Positions 17,859-27,644 of a DNA stretch of 64,000 nucleotides are shown piece after piece. The DNA is taken from contig JAWODD010000031.1 of the NCBI GenBank assembly GCA_046483445.1, positions 65,397 through 129,396 of the forward strand, in the 5' to 3' direction. Within the stretch, counting starts at the first letter, position 1. Every line of letters starts with the position of its first letter. The notes beneath the pieces were generated by a model. It was not told the origin of the DNA. It did not search any database and was given only the letters and a program-made list of their open reading frames with translations. Made by a program: the position numbers and the translations under genes. The DNA comes from Bacillota bacterium. Lineage in GTDB: Bacteria; Bacillota; Dethiobacteria; DTU022.

Positions 17859-19106
17859 ATGGATGCTGATAAAGCATATCAAGAGGCCATCCGACACGGT
17901 CGATACAGCGAACAGGTGAGGGGACTGCGCTGTAAGTATGACCATGTGCGGATTCAGTTTGAAGATTTTATTACAACTTATTACCTCAGGCCTTACCTGG
18001 AGGAAAGTGTGAAAAATAAACTTGGGACCAGTGAGGAAGGGCTGCGATTTTATGATTTGGGATGTGGCACCGGTGACGGGTATGACCTGTTAACCAGGAT
18101 GACCAAGGAAGCAAGGCTTTCACAGTTTGATACCCGTTTGATTGATAAGGATATGATGGATCAGTATAAGGGTATTGATTTAAGTGTTGAGCTGCTTAAG
18201 GAAGCAGATAACCTTTTTGGCGATTACGAGCATGTGGATTTTTGCAAAGGTGATTTTTCCAACGGCCTGCCACTGGATGAAGGCGAAGATCCATATGACC
18301 TTTACTTCACTTCGTACGGTACTTTATCCCATTGTACCAATGAAGAACTGGAAAAGCTATTCACTGATATGGGTAAACACGGTAAAAATGGCAGTTTAAT
18401 CCTGGCTGACTTTTTAGGGCGTTATTCTTACGAGTGGCAAAATTTATGGACTCACGATCCGGAAGAAATTTCCTATATTGATTATTTGATTAACTACCTT
18501 TATTCGGAAGAGGAAAGGGACAATGTGGAACTGTCTTCGTTTCCCCTGCGGCTGATGACCCCTGCCGAGGTCTTTAAAATCCTGGAAAGTGCAGCTCAGA
18601 AAGCCGGAGTAGAGCTGAAGGTTTTACGTTTCTTCGACCGTTCCCTCTTTGTGGGACGGCATATTGAAACAGGAACCTATAATGGTAATGCCCAGCCTCT
18701 TCGTTTGATGGTTTCTTCCCTGTTCGAACGTGGCCTGCGCACTTACTTCCCCGATCTGAAAGTGGATTATAGGCCCCGGGAAGGATTTGACTGGCAGAAC
18801 GAAGCCCTGCAAACCCTGACGGAAAGCTGGAATGCCCTGGTCGATTATACGATGACCTTAATGGAACATTACGACAGCGATGAAGAATTGCTTCCCTATC
18901 CGCCTCAAACAAATGTAAAGCCCCTGGAGAAAGCTTACCGGGTTATGAGGCAATCCCTGGAAGGCAGCAAGGGACTTTATGGCGATATCAGGGCGGACCT
19001 GATTGAGGCTCAGCTTGGCTATGCCATTCGCAGCCTGGAGATGAATCTGCAACGCGGGCATGGTCTTGGTCACGGTTTGATCGGGATAATTCAAATTGTT
19101 AAGTAA
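17859..19106 (+). CDS. Class-I SAM-dependent methyltransferase with about 190-aa C-terminal extension of unknown function
   Basis: Motif I is YDLGCGTGDG, post-I acidic residue is GIDLS, and motif II is DLYFTSYG. I moved the start to the ATG at 17859, one nt after the corrinoid protein stop, with a GGAGGG RBS; the ORF track gives 17763. Confidence 0.7.
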   Translation: MDADKAYQEAIRHGRYSEQVRGLRCKYDHVRIQFEDFITTYYLRPYLEESVKNKLGTSEEGLRFYDLGCGTGDGYDLLTRMTKEARLSQFDTRLIDKDMMDQYKGIDLSVELLKEADNLFGDYEHVDFCKGDFSNGLPLDEGEDPYDLYFTSYGTLSHCTNEELEKLFTDMGKHGKNGSLILADFLGRYSYEWQNLWTHDPEEISYIDYLINYLYSEEERDNVELSSFPLRLMTPAEVFKILESAAQKAGVELKVLRFFDRSLFVGRHIETGTYNGNAQPLRLMVSSLFERGLRTYFPDLKVDYRPREGFDWQNEALQTLTESWNALVDYTMTLMEHYDSDEELLPYPPQTNVKPLEKAYRVMRQSLEGSKGLYGDIRADLIEAQLGYAIRSLEMNLQRGHGLGHGLIGIIQIVK

Positions 19107-19453
19107 TGTGAGGTTGCGAGTAGATCCAGGCAGCTGTACTGCGAATATGTATTGTTTTATGCTTTTAAAACAAGCTCAACTCGCCTCAGTTTAATTTAGC
19201 TCGCTAGAGCTGATGATTAGGTGAGTTATTGCCAAATTACGGGTACAACTATTATTTGTATGTAATTTCTTTGTGTGAAATAATTACCATGAGATTGTTA
19301 TACTGAAAATTAGTTTAATTTTATTATGTTGATGGGTAAAAGCTCCGCAGTATAGTTTGCCTGGGTATTCTGATATCATGCCTGCACGAGGCTTCTCTGC
19401 CTCATTAAAAAATTAGAAAAATAAATAAGCAGGGGAAAGGTGATTGCTAAAAT

Positions 19454-20200
19454 ATGGAGCAACTTTTAGGAACTATAGGTGACCTGTATAGAAATGCGGG
19501 AAATTTCCTTATACTATCAGCGCAAGGTCCAGATGTGGAATATGAGCCGGGATTAATTAAAGAAACAGGAGACTGGATTTCCCGGCACAGCGACTTGATT
19601 TTAGAGCTAATGGTCGAACACCTATGGCTGGTGGTCTTTACCCTTATAATCGCAGTAACCGCTTCAGTAACAGTAGGTATTATTATCAGCTATTATGAAT
19701 CTACTGCACAGACAGTTTTGAGTATTTGTCAGATTTTAATGGTTATTCCCAGTATGGCTATGCTTGCTTTTATGGTGCCTTTATTTGGCATCGGGTTTAC
19801 TACAGGAGTAGCAGCCCTGGTCCTTTACAGCTTGCTGCCGATTGTGCGCAATACTTACACGGGTATCAGGGAACTTGACCCGGCAATTGTGGAAGCGGCC
19901 AAAGGAATGGGAATGACAGAAAAGCGAGTGTTGCTTAAAATCAAAATTCCTCTGGCCAGGCCGGTGATTATGGCGGGTATCCGCACCGCCGCGGTGATGA
20001 TGATTGGGATTGCTGCAATTGCTGCTTATGTCGGGGCCGGAGGTTTGGGAGAGTTAATTTTTTCCGGAATATCCCGGGGAAATCAACCGATGATTATCGC
20101 CGGCGCAATTGGAGTGTCTATTATAGCGGTTGCTTTTGATTATCTTCTGTACTATGGTGAAAAACGATTTTCCGTTGAGGGCAGGACTAAGGAGGGATAA
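19454..20200 (+). CDS. ABC transporter permease (OpuBB/OpuCB-type, glycine betaine/choline/carnitine family)
   Basis: BPD-transporter inner-membrane component with an EAA-like loop (IRELDPAIVEAAKGMGM). The protein is 248 aa. Confidence 0.8.
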   Translation: MEQLLGTIGDLYRNAGNFLILSAQGPDVEYEPGLIKETGDWISRHSDLILELMVEHLWLVVFTLIIAVTASVTVGIIISYYESTAQTVLSICQILMVIPSMAMLAFMVPLFGIGFTTGVAALVLYSLLPIVRNTYTGIRELDPAIVEAAKGMGMTEKRVLLKIKIPLARPVIMAGIRTAAVMMIGIAAIAAYVGAGGLGELIFSGISRGNQPMIIAGAIGVSIIAVAFDYLLYYGEKRFSVEGRTKEG

Positions 20201-20205
20201 TAAAA

Positions 20206-21318
20206 ATGATCAAATTGGAAGGATTAACTAAAGTTTTTCCGGGACACACTGTACCCGCGGTTAAAGATTTAACTTTGGAAGTTAACGAGGGGGATGTTTG
20301 CGTTTTGGTCGGCCCGTCAGGGTGTGGGAAAACCACGACCATGAAAATGATTAACCGTCTTTATGAACCAACCGGAGGTAAAATATACATTCGGGGTGAA
20401 GATGCCCTGCAGATGGATCCGATAAAATTACGCCTGGATATTGGTTATGTTATTCAGGAAATCGGGTTATTTCCGCATATGACTATTGAAGAAAACATTG
20501 CCACGGTTCCCAATGAGCAACACTGGCCCAAAGATAAGATCAAAAAAAAGGTCGATGAAGTGATGATCCTTGTGGGGTTGGACCCGAAAGTTTTTAAAGC
20601 GCGCTATCCTTCAGCCCTCAGTGGCGGGCAGCGCCAGAGAGTCGGTGTGGCCCGGGCTATGGTTTCCGGTCCCCCGATTATGCTGATGGATGAACCGTTT
20701 GGAGCAGTGGACCCGATTACCAGGGCCCGCCTGCAAAACGAATTTTTAAGGATTCAGGAACGGATGGGAAAAACAATTGTCTTTGTTACCCATGATATTG
20801 ATGAAGCGATCAAAATGAGCGATACTATTGCCGTAATGAGAGAAGGCAAACTGATTCAGCACGCCACCCCAAGCGATCTGCTTAGCGCCCCGGCTGACGA
20901 GTTTGTTTCAAACCTGGTTGGACGTAATCGTTCTATCAAACGACTGCACTTAATTCGCATTAATGAAATTTTAGACGAAGTGGGCAGGGCTAAGCCGGCC
21001 AGCGAGGATGCAAAAGCAGGTGAAGTTGAAAAAATGCTTGATGAAAGCGATATCAGGTCGGTAATAGTTGTTGATAAAGACAATAAGCTTAAAGGGGTTA
21101 TAGGAGTACAGGATTTGAAGAGGAAAAGCGGTGAAGTGGCTGGTGATTACTACCAGGAAGTTGCCGATACGATAACCAGTAACGCTACTTTAAATGATGC
21201 CTTATCGGTTATGCTTGAGTGTGGGGAAGGTTATGTTGCCGTGGTCAATGAAGACGATCAATACGAAGGCACAATTACCCTGGGTGATCTGCTCAATGTG
21301 GTCAAGGAGGATAGTTAA
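20206..21318 (+). CDS. ABC transporter ATP-binding protein with C-terminal tandem CBS domains (OpuCA/ProV-like)
   Basis: Walker A motif GPSGCGKTT, signature LSGGQRQRV and Walker B ILMDEPF are present. A C-terminal CBS pair is typical of osmoprotectant importers. Confidence 0.85.
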   Translation: MIKLEGLTKVFPGHTVPAVKDLTLEVNEGDVCVLVGPSGCGKTTTMKMINRLYEPTGGKIYIRGEDALQMDPIKLRLDIGYVIQEIGLFPHMTIEENIATVPNEQHWPKDKIKKKVDEVMILVGLDPKVFKARYPSALSGGQRQRVGVARAMVSGPPIMLMDEPFGAVDPITRARLQNEFLRIQERMGKTIVFVTHDIDEAIKMSDTIAVMREGKLIQHATPSDLLSAPADEFVSNLVGRNRSIKRLHLIRINEILDEVGRAKPASEDAKAGEVEKMLDESDIRSVIVVDKDNKLKGVIGVQDLKRKSGEVAGDYYQEVADTITSNATLNDALSVMLECGEGYVAVVNEDDQYEGTITLGDLLNVVKEDS

Positions 21319-21320
21319 CA

Positions 21321-22043
21321 ATGGCCAAGACTCTTTGGAAATGGATAGGCATTCCTTTTATTATGATTGCGATCGCTGCGGTAGTTGTGATTTATTCTGT
21401 TAACAATCCGCCTGATTCTATCGTCGAACGGATGCTTACCTACGAAAGGGTATTTAGGGTTATCCGTGAACACATGGGTCTGCTAATAGTTTCCATGACT
21501 GGAGCAACTATTGTCGGGGTTGGCGGAGGAATTATGCTTTCCCGACCCAGCCTTTACCAGATAGGCCGGGTTATGGAAACCGCGGTCAATATTGGACAAA
21601 CTGTTCCCAGCCTGGCTGTATTGGCTCTTTTTTATACTATTTTAGGGCTTGGTTTTAATGTGGCTGTTTTTGCATTATTTCTTTACTCAATCTTGCCTGT
21701 TTTAAGGAATACTTTTGCTGGGATCGATGGCGTTGAATATAGTATTATTGAAGCGGCCCGTGGTATGGGGATGCGCCCTCTGCGCATTTTGACCAGGATT
21801 GAACTACCCATAGCCTTTCCAATTATTGTGGCCGGGCTCAGGACAGCAATTGTAATCAATGTTGGAGCGGCTACTCTGGCAACCTTTATTGGCGGTGGAG
21901 GCTTGGGTGACCTCATTGTTACCGGGCTTTCAGTCAACCGGGATTTGATTATCCTTAATGGCGCGGTTATTGCTGCTGTGACCGCTATTATACTTGATTA
22001 CCTGATTGGAAAAATAGAAGAAAAAATTGTCCGTTGGGCCTAA
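21321..22043 (+). CDS. ABC transporter permease, second subunit (OpuBD/OpuCD-type)
   Basis: It is a paralog of the first permease with EAA loop IIEAARGMGM. Its start overlaps the ATPase stop. Confidence 0.8.
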   Translation: MAKTLWKWIGIPFIMIAIAAVVVIYSVNNPPDSIVERMLTYERVFRVIREHMGLLIVSMTGATIVGVGGGIMLSRPSLYQIGRVMETAVNIGQTVPSLAVLALFYTILGLGFNVAVFALFLYSILPVLRNTFAGIDGVEYSIIEAARGMGMRPLRILTRIELPIAFPIIVAGLRTAIVINVGAATLATFIGGGGLGDLIVTGLSVNRDLIILNGAVIAAVTAIILDYLIGKIEEKIVRWA

Positions 22044-22170
22044 AAAGAAATAAAAATCAGTGAAAGCAGTAAACGGGTTACAATTAATGTTATAATCTAG
22101 AGTGAGACTTTGGCTGTTTTTCCACTGGTAAGACAAATAAGTATTTAATTGAAGGGGGTAGATTTAATTT

Positions 22171-23097
22171 ATGAGTATCAAACGTATTTTAACAGTTTCT
22201 TTAACGGTAATGTTATTTGTCGGGATGTTGTTTGTTATTGGTTGTGAACCGGATGAACCTGAAGTAACTATCGGGTCCAAAGAATTTACCGAGCAGTTGA
22301 TTTTGGGGCAAGTTGCAATTCAAGCCCTGGAAGATGCCGGAATTCCGACTGAGGATGAAACCAACCTTGGCGGGACCCAAATAGCACGTGAGGCTCTGGA
22401 AAAAGGAGACATTGACATGTACTGGGAATATACCGGTACTGCTTTGGTTGAGTTCATGGAGCATGATGTGATTACCGATCCGGAAGAAGCTTATGCTACT
22501 ATAGCCGAATGGGACGAGTCAGAAAATGAACTGGTCTGGCTGCAAAAAACACCGTTTAACAACACCTATACGATAATGATGCGCCAGGAAGATTCCGAAG
22601 AGATGGGTATAGAAACCCTCAGTGATTTGGCTGAAGCTATCAATGAAGGTAGGGAGGCACCGGAACCAGGCGAATGGACCTTTGCTACCGACCATGAATA
22701 CGAAGCCCGTGACGATGGACTTGAACAGTTGCAGGAGCATTATGGTTTTGAATTTGACGATTACGAAGTGATGGACCTGGGAATCACCTACGGTGCTTTG
22801 GATGAAGGCGAGCATGCTACCGCATTGGGTTTTGCCACAGATGCCCGCATTGCCGAATTTAACCTGGTTAACCTGGAAGACGATCAGGGATTTCACCCGG
22901 TTTATAACTGTGCCCCGGTTGTGCGCCAGGAAACCCTGGATGAATTTCCTGAAATTGCGGATATCCTTAATCCGATAGCAGAAGAGTTAACCCCGGAAGA
23001 AATGTCTTCTATGAATCTGATGGTTGATGTTGAAGGTATGGAAGCCGATGAAGCAGCTGCACAATGGCTTCAAGAAAAAGGTTTCATCGAGGAGTAA
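22171..23097 (+). CDS. Glycine betaine/quaternary amine ABC substrate-binding lipoprotein (OpuAC/OpuCC family)
   Basis: A lipoprotein signal (FVIGCEP) is followed by an OpuAC-like fold (GSKEFTEQLILGQ...DMYWEYTG). The C-terminal region is very acidic. Confidence 0.8.
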   Translation: MSIKRILTVSLTVMLFVGMLFVIGCEPDEPEVTIGSKEFTEQLILGQVAIQALEDAGIPTEDETNLGGTQIAREALEKGDIDMYWEYTGTALVEFMEHDVITDPEEAYATIAEWDESENELVWLQKTPFNNTYTIMMRQEDSEEMGIETLSDLAEAINEGREAPEPGEWTFATDHEYEARDDGLEQLQEHYGFEFDDYEVMDLGITYGALDEGEHATALGFATDARIAEFNLVNLEDDQGFHPVYNCAPVVRQETLDEFPEIADILNPIAEELTPEEMSSMNLMVDVEGMEADEAAAQWLQEKGFIEE

Positions 23098-23182
23098 AGC
23101 GCACGTAAGTAAATGATGCTATCTGTGAAAGAAAAAAGCATAGTAATTGTGGAGAAAAGGAAAAACAGCTATTAAGTAGAAA

Positions 23183-23217
23183 GGCAAGCAGGATCAATCT
23201 TGCTTGCCTCTTTTTTA
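23183..23217 (+). terminator. Rho-independent terminator after the substrate-binding protein gene
   Basis: GGCAAGCAGGAT...ATCTTGCTTGCC stem is followed by TCTTTTTTAT. Confidence 0.6.
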
Positions 23218-23377
23218 TAAGAAGGGTTGTCTATCTGTTAAAGTTTGCCAGAAAGCTACATATTTGATTGTGGTTAAGTCGTAAGCGTTCGAAGTTAGTT
23301 AAGCAGCTAAAATTATTTATTAAAGTTCTGTAGCAGGGGCTTTAATTGTATTGACAAGCATGTAAGGAGGGATTAAG

Positions 23378-23875
23378 ATGGCGATAATGGCAAAAGAAAT
23401 TATGACCACCCCGGTGGTCAGCATAACACCCGGAACCACCCTGAAAAGGGCCGCTGAAATCTTAGATGAAAATCATTTCAGCGGGATGCCGGTAGTTGAT
23501 GAAGATAATAAATTGATTGGCATCATTTCTGAAACTGATATCTGGCGTTATTCTCAGCAAATTATTGGGCAGCCGTTGAGGGATCCCCACCAGGTATTTA
23601 CGAAAAGCAAGGATGTGCTGCATGTAGATATTACCCACCGGGGAGTGGAAGTGATTGAACTGGTTGCTTCTACTACGGTGGAAACTTTAATGACCACCGA
23701 GGTTATTTCTGTGACCGAGGACACCCCGGTTTATAAAGTGAGCAAGCTGATGGAAGATAATAATATTAATCGAATACCGGTAGTTAACGATAAAAATCAA
23801 CTATCGGGCATTATTTCCCGGGCGGACTTGATTTCGGCAATGGTTAAAAATTGGGACCAGTTTACCAGTGATTAA
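23378..23875 (+). CDS. CBS-domain pair protein (stand-alone)
   Basis: Two CBS motifs are present (IMTTPVVSI...MPVVDEDNKLIGIISETD and LMTTEVISV...IPVVNDKNQLSGIISRAD) in a 165-aa protein. Confidence 0.7.
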   Translation: MAIMAKEIMTTPVVSITPGTTLKRAAEILDENHFSGMPVVDEDNKLIGIISETDIWRYSQQIIGQPLRDPHQVFTKSKDVLHVDITHRGVEVIELVASTTVETLMTTEVISVTEDTPVYKVSKLMEDNNINRIPVVNDKNQLSGIISRADLISAMVKNWDQFTSD

Positions 23876-23930
23876 TTAGAATATTATTTAGCAACAATGA
23901 AACCACCAATTAGTGGGGGGGGTAGGCCAG

Positions 23931-25412
23931 ATGGAAAAACCGATTTATGAGGGCGGAGGCTATAATGTCCTTTCCGAAAAAGAAATAAGCCAGATTCATG
24001 AAACCTCAATCAAGGTCTTGCAGAACGTGGGCTTTGAAATCCATTATCCCCCGGCCCTGGAGTTGTTGGAGAAAAATGGCGCTAAAGTGGATTATGACCA
24101 AAAAAGAGTTTATCTTTCCAGGGAATTAATTTCTCGCTGTATTAAACAGGCTCCGGCCGAATTTGTTTTTTACGGACGCCGGGAAGGCAGAGATATCACT
24201 GTTGGCGGGAAAAAAGTAAATTTTGGCTCCGGTGGCCTGGCCCTCTATGTATTGGACCTCGAACGTAACAAGCGCCCCGGTGAAATCCATGATGTTGCTG
24301 AATTGGCCAGGCTTGCCGACCGGTTGGAATATCTTGACTTTTTCATCAATCCTCTTTACCCGCACGATATTAATATAGAAACAGTTGATATTAATACCAA
24401 GTACCAGGCTTTCCTCAATACCAGTAAGCCGGTAATGGGGGGAATCTTTAGCAAGCAGGGAATGGAGGATTCAATTAAAATTGCCTCCATTATTGCCGGT
24501 GGCCTGGAAAATTTACAGCGTCGCCCATTTATCGGCTTTATTTCCTCAATTTCCAGCCCGCTTAAGCTCGGTGCGGAACATGCAGAATATATTATGGAGG
24601 TAGCCCGTTACGGCCTGCCGCTTGCTACATCGACTGCCCCGGCGGCGGGAGCGACTGCCCCGATAACCCTGGCCGGGACGCTGGTCCAGCAGAATGCCGA
24701 AGCGCTGATGGGAGTAATTCTAACCCAGCTGGTTAACCCGGGCACCCCTGTTTTTTACAGCGCGGTGCCGATTACCATGGATATGCGCACCATGTCCTTT
24801 TTAATGGGCAGCATCGAGTCAGGCTTAATGAATGCGGCGATCACCCAGATGGCGCACTATTATCGCTTACCCTGTTATCTTACTGTTGGCACCACTGATT
24901 CCAAGCTTCCCGATGCCCAGGCTGCCCATGAAGGCGCGACTACGGCAATGCTTGCTGCACTGGCTGGAGGCAATTATATTCATGAAGCTTTTGGCATGCT
25001 CGATGGAGCCCTCACTGTTTCCTATGCCCAGTATATAATTGACAATGATATTGTCGGCAGCTGTTTGCGAACCCTCAGGGGTATTGAAATAAACCAGGAT
25101 ACCCTGGCTTATGATACTATTGCCAAAGTGGGTCCGGGTGGAAACTATCTCAGTGAAGAACACACCATTAAATATATGCGTACTGAAAGTTTTGCCCCCA
25201 GGGCCAGTGATCGCCAGCCTTATCAGCGTTGGATCGATGCCGGCAGTAAAGATAGCTGGAAAAGGGCGGAAGAACTGGCGGCCCAAATTCTCCATGAACC
25301 CTCGGAACCGATTGTTCCGCCAGATGTTGATGCCAAAGTTAGGTCGGAATTCCCGGCGCTGGTCACCGTAGAAAAAGGTGAAGGGCTGCACTGGGAAACC
25401 GACGCCGGTTAG
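23931..25412 (+). CDS. MttB-superfamily quaternary-amine:corrinoid methyltransferase, paralog 2 (non-pyrrolysine)
   Basis: The protein of about 493 aa is homologous along its length to the ORF at 15357 (ISQIHETSIKVLQNVG...TSTAPAAGATAPITLAG). I moved the start to the ATG at 23931, which is preceded by a G-rich RBS; the ORF track gives 23913. Confidence 0.8.
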   Translation: MEKPIYEGGGYNVLSEKEISQIHETSIKVLQNVGFEIHYPPALELLEKNGAKVDYDQKRVYLSRELISRCIKQAPAEFVFYGRREGRDITVGGKKVNFGSGGLALYVLDLERNKRPGEIHDVAELARLADRLEYLDFFINPLYPHDINIETVDINTKYQAFLNTSKPVMGGIFSKQGMEDSIKIASIIAGGLENLQRRPFIGFISSISSPLKLGAEHAEYIMEVARYGLPLATSTAPAAGATAPITLAGTLVQQNAEALMGVILTQLVNPGTPVFYSAVPITMDMRTMSFLMGSIESGLMNAAITQMAHYYRLPCYLTVGTTDSKLPDAQAAHEGATTAMLAALAGGNYIHEAFGMLDGALTVSYAQYIIDNDIVGSCLRTLRGIEINQDTLAYDTIAKVGPGGNYLSEEHTIKYMRTESFAPRASDRQPYQRWIDAGSKDSWKRAEELAAQILHEPSEPIVPPDVDAKVRSEFPALVTVEKGEGLHWETDAG

Positions 25413-25417
25413 GTTAC

Positions 25418-26455
25418 TTATGGAAATGTAACCACCAGCCTGACCAGGTTTATTTCTTTCTCTTTTAACATTTCAAGGCCCCGGTTTATCTCTGCCAGGG
25501 GTAGTTCTTTTGTAACTGAAAGGCTCATATCCAGGCGTTTTTGATCGGTTAGTTCAATAATTACCGGGAAATCAGCCCTGCTTTGATCTGCACTTCCCAT
25601 AAGTGTTCTTTCCTTAAGTAAAAGGTCATGGTATGGATTAAGGGCAATTTCTTCGGGACAAATGCCAACTACTACTGTGCGGCCCCCTGTAGCTGTACAA
25701 TCAATCGCCTGGCGTATTGTCTGGGGCAAGCCAATTAATTCTATAGCCAAATCGGCTCCACCGCCGCTGAGCTCTATTACTTTTTCAACTGCTTTAGTCT
25801 CTCCGGGATTTACGGTCATGGTTGCCCCAACCCGGCTTGCCAGGGAAAGTTTTTCCGGGTCCAGGTCCATGGCAATAACTTTTCCTGCTCCCATTATTTT
25901 AGCAAGCTGGACTGCGTGAAGGCCCAGTCCGCCTATTCCTATAACAAGCACGCTTTCCCCGGTTTTCACACCGGCTCTGCTTAAAGCATGGAAAGGGGTG
26001 GCTACAGCGTCGGTTAAAAGAGCGGCATGGGTAAAGGGAATTGATCCTGGAAACGGATAGGCATTTCGAGCTGGAACGGATACATATTCTGCAAACCCCC
26101 CGTCTATATTTTTACCAAGCATTTTTGCTTCACTGCAGTAGTTGTCATTTCCACTGGTGCATGCGGGACATTTGCCGCAGGTTATCAGGTAAAACAGGCA
26201 GACTCTATCTCCCACCGCCAGCCCCTGCACTGCTTCACCGCACTCTGCTACTTCGCCGGCAATTTCGTGTCCCAGGGTGATTGGCAGCTTTGTGACCTCG
26301 CTCCTGCCCTCCTGGTAGTGTAAATCGGAACTGCAAATACCCGCAGCTTTAACTTTAACCAGGACCTCTTCTTTTCCCGGGCTGGGTATTGGTAATTCTA
26401 CCAGCTCCAAAGGTTTGCCTTGTTCTTTTAGTTGTGCCGCTCGCATAGTTTTCAT
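25418..26455 (-). CDS. Zinc-dependent alcohol dehydrogenase (MDR family, sorbitol/threonine dehydrogenase-like)
   Basis: Catalytic zinc motif is GHEIAGEV. Structural-zinc cysteines are CGKCPACTSG. Rossmann motif is VIGIGGLGLHAV. Confidence 0.8.
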   Translation of the reverse strand: MKTMRAAQLKEQGKPLELVELPIPSPGKEEVLVKVKAAGICSSDLHYQEGRSEVTKLPITLGHEIAGEVAECGEAVQGLAVGDRVCLFYLITCGKCPACTSGNDNYCSEAKMLGKNIDGGFAEYVSVPARNAYPFPGSIPFTHAALLTDAVATPFHALSRAGVKTGESVLVIGIGGLGLHAVQLAKIMGAGKVIAMDLDPEKLSLASRVGATMTVNPGETKAVEKVIELSGGGADLAIELIGLPQTIRQAIDCTATGGRTVVVGICPEEIALNPYHDLLLKERTLMGSADQSRADFPVIIELTDQKRLDMSLSVTKELPLAEINRGLEMLKEKEINLVRLVVTFP

Positions 26456-26730
26456 GAAAATACCCTCCCATCAAGATCCATCGCAAATTTGTTTTTATGC
26501 CTGCTCTGCCAATATTAAGGTTGGATTATAATTATTCTTTTACAATGGAGGCAATCCCTTCTGAATAAGAGCTGTTGCAGCAAAAAATTTGCCGGTTTAA
26601 CTCTAAATTGAAGGCAAACTTAATTATTGAATAAAAAAGGCAGGGGAACAGACAACTATTGTAGAATTATTTGACATCTATAATTCAGGATTACAGTATA
26701 TTATTCCTACTTAAGGTGGTGGCCGGGTAG

Positions 26731-27600
26731 ATGAAAATTAGAAAAGCGGTTATACCGGCAGCCGGGTTGGGGACCCGTTTTTTGCCGGTTACCAAAGCAC
26801 AGCCAAAAGAAATGCTGCCGATTGTGGATAAGCCAACCATTCAGTATGTAATCGAAGAAGCGGTGGAGGCGGGAATAGAAGACATCCTGATTATTACCGG
26901 GCGCAACAAGCAGGCAATTGAAGATCATTTTGACCGCAGCATAGAATTGGAGCAAGTGCTTAAGGAAAAACGAAAGAATGATGATTTGCTGGAAATGCAA
27001 AGAATTAGCAACCTGGCCAATATATTTTATGTTCGGCAAAAAGAACCCCTGGGACTTGGTCATGCTGTCCTTTGCGCCAAAAAGTTTGTCGGTAATGAGC
27101 CGTTTGCTGTTCTGCTTGGCGATGATATTATCCATGCCCGGATGCCCTGTATTGGACAAATGGCGGAAGTTTATGCTCAAAAAGAAAACACGATCCTGGG
27201 GGTTCAGAGAGTTGGCTGGGAGAACATTCACAAATACGGTGCGGTTGAATCAGAAGATCCCACAGGTGCAGTGGTTCAGGTGACAAAACTTACCGAAAAA
27301 CCTTCCCGGGAAGAAGCAAAAACTGATCTTGCTGTTCTGGGCCGCTATATAATCGCTCCCGACATTTTTGAGATCCTGGAAAATACGGCTCCCGGTTCGG
27401 GTGGCGAAGTTCAATTAACCGACGCCTTGAATACTCTGGCTGGGAAAAAACCGGTGTGGGCCTATACATTCGAAGGCAAGCGGTATGATCTTGGAGACCG
27501 GTTTGGCTTTCTGGAAGCGACTATTGAATTTGCTCTCAGGCGGGAAAACCTGGCCCCGCAGTTAAAGGCCTATTTAATAAATGTTGTGGAAGAAAAATAA
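26731..27600 (+). CDS. galU: UTP--glucose-1-phosphate uridylyltransferase
   Basis: KAVIPAAGLGTRFLPVTKAQPKEMLPIVDKP is the classic GalU N-terminus. The protein is 289 aa. Confidence 0.9.
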   Translation: MKIRKAVIPAAGLGTRFLPVTKAQPKEMLPIVDKPTIQYVIEEAVEAGIEDILIITGRNKQAIEDHFDRSIELEQVLKEKRKNDDLLEMQRISNLANIFYVRQKEPLGLGHAVLCAKKFVGNEPFAVLLGDDIIHARMPCIGQMAEVYAQKENTILGVQRVGWENIHKYGAVESEDPTGAVVQVTKLTEKPSREEAKTDLAVLGRYIIAPDIFEILENTAPGSGGEVQLTDALNTLAGKKPVWAYTFEGKRYDLGDRFGFLEATIEFALRRENLAPQLKAYLINVVEEK

Positions 27601-27644
27601 ATGAAATTTAAGGGTAAATAATATGCGTAAAGGAGGAATTGCCT

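Noticed and set aside
15357-25412. In-frame amber (pyrrolysine) codon in MttB-family genes
   Set aside because: Both MttB paralogs are complete ORFs of about 500 aa with no internal TAG, consistent with the non-pyrrolysine quaternary-amine branch rather than true trimethylamine methyltransferases.
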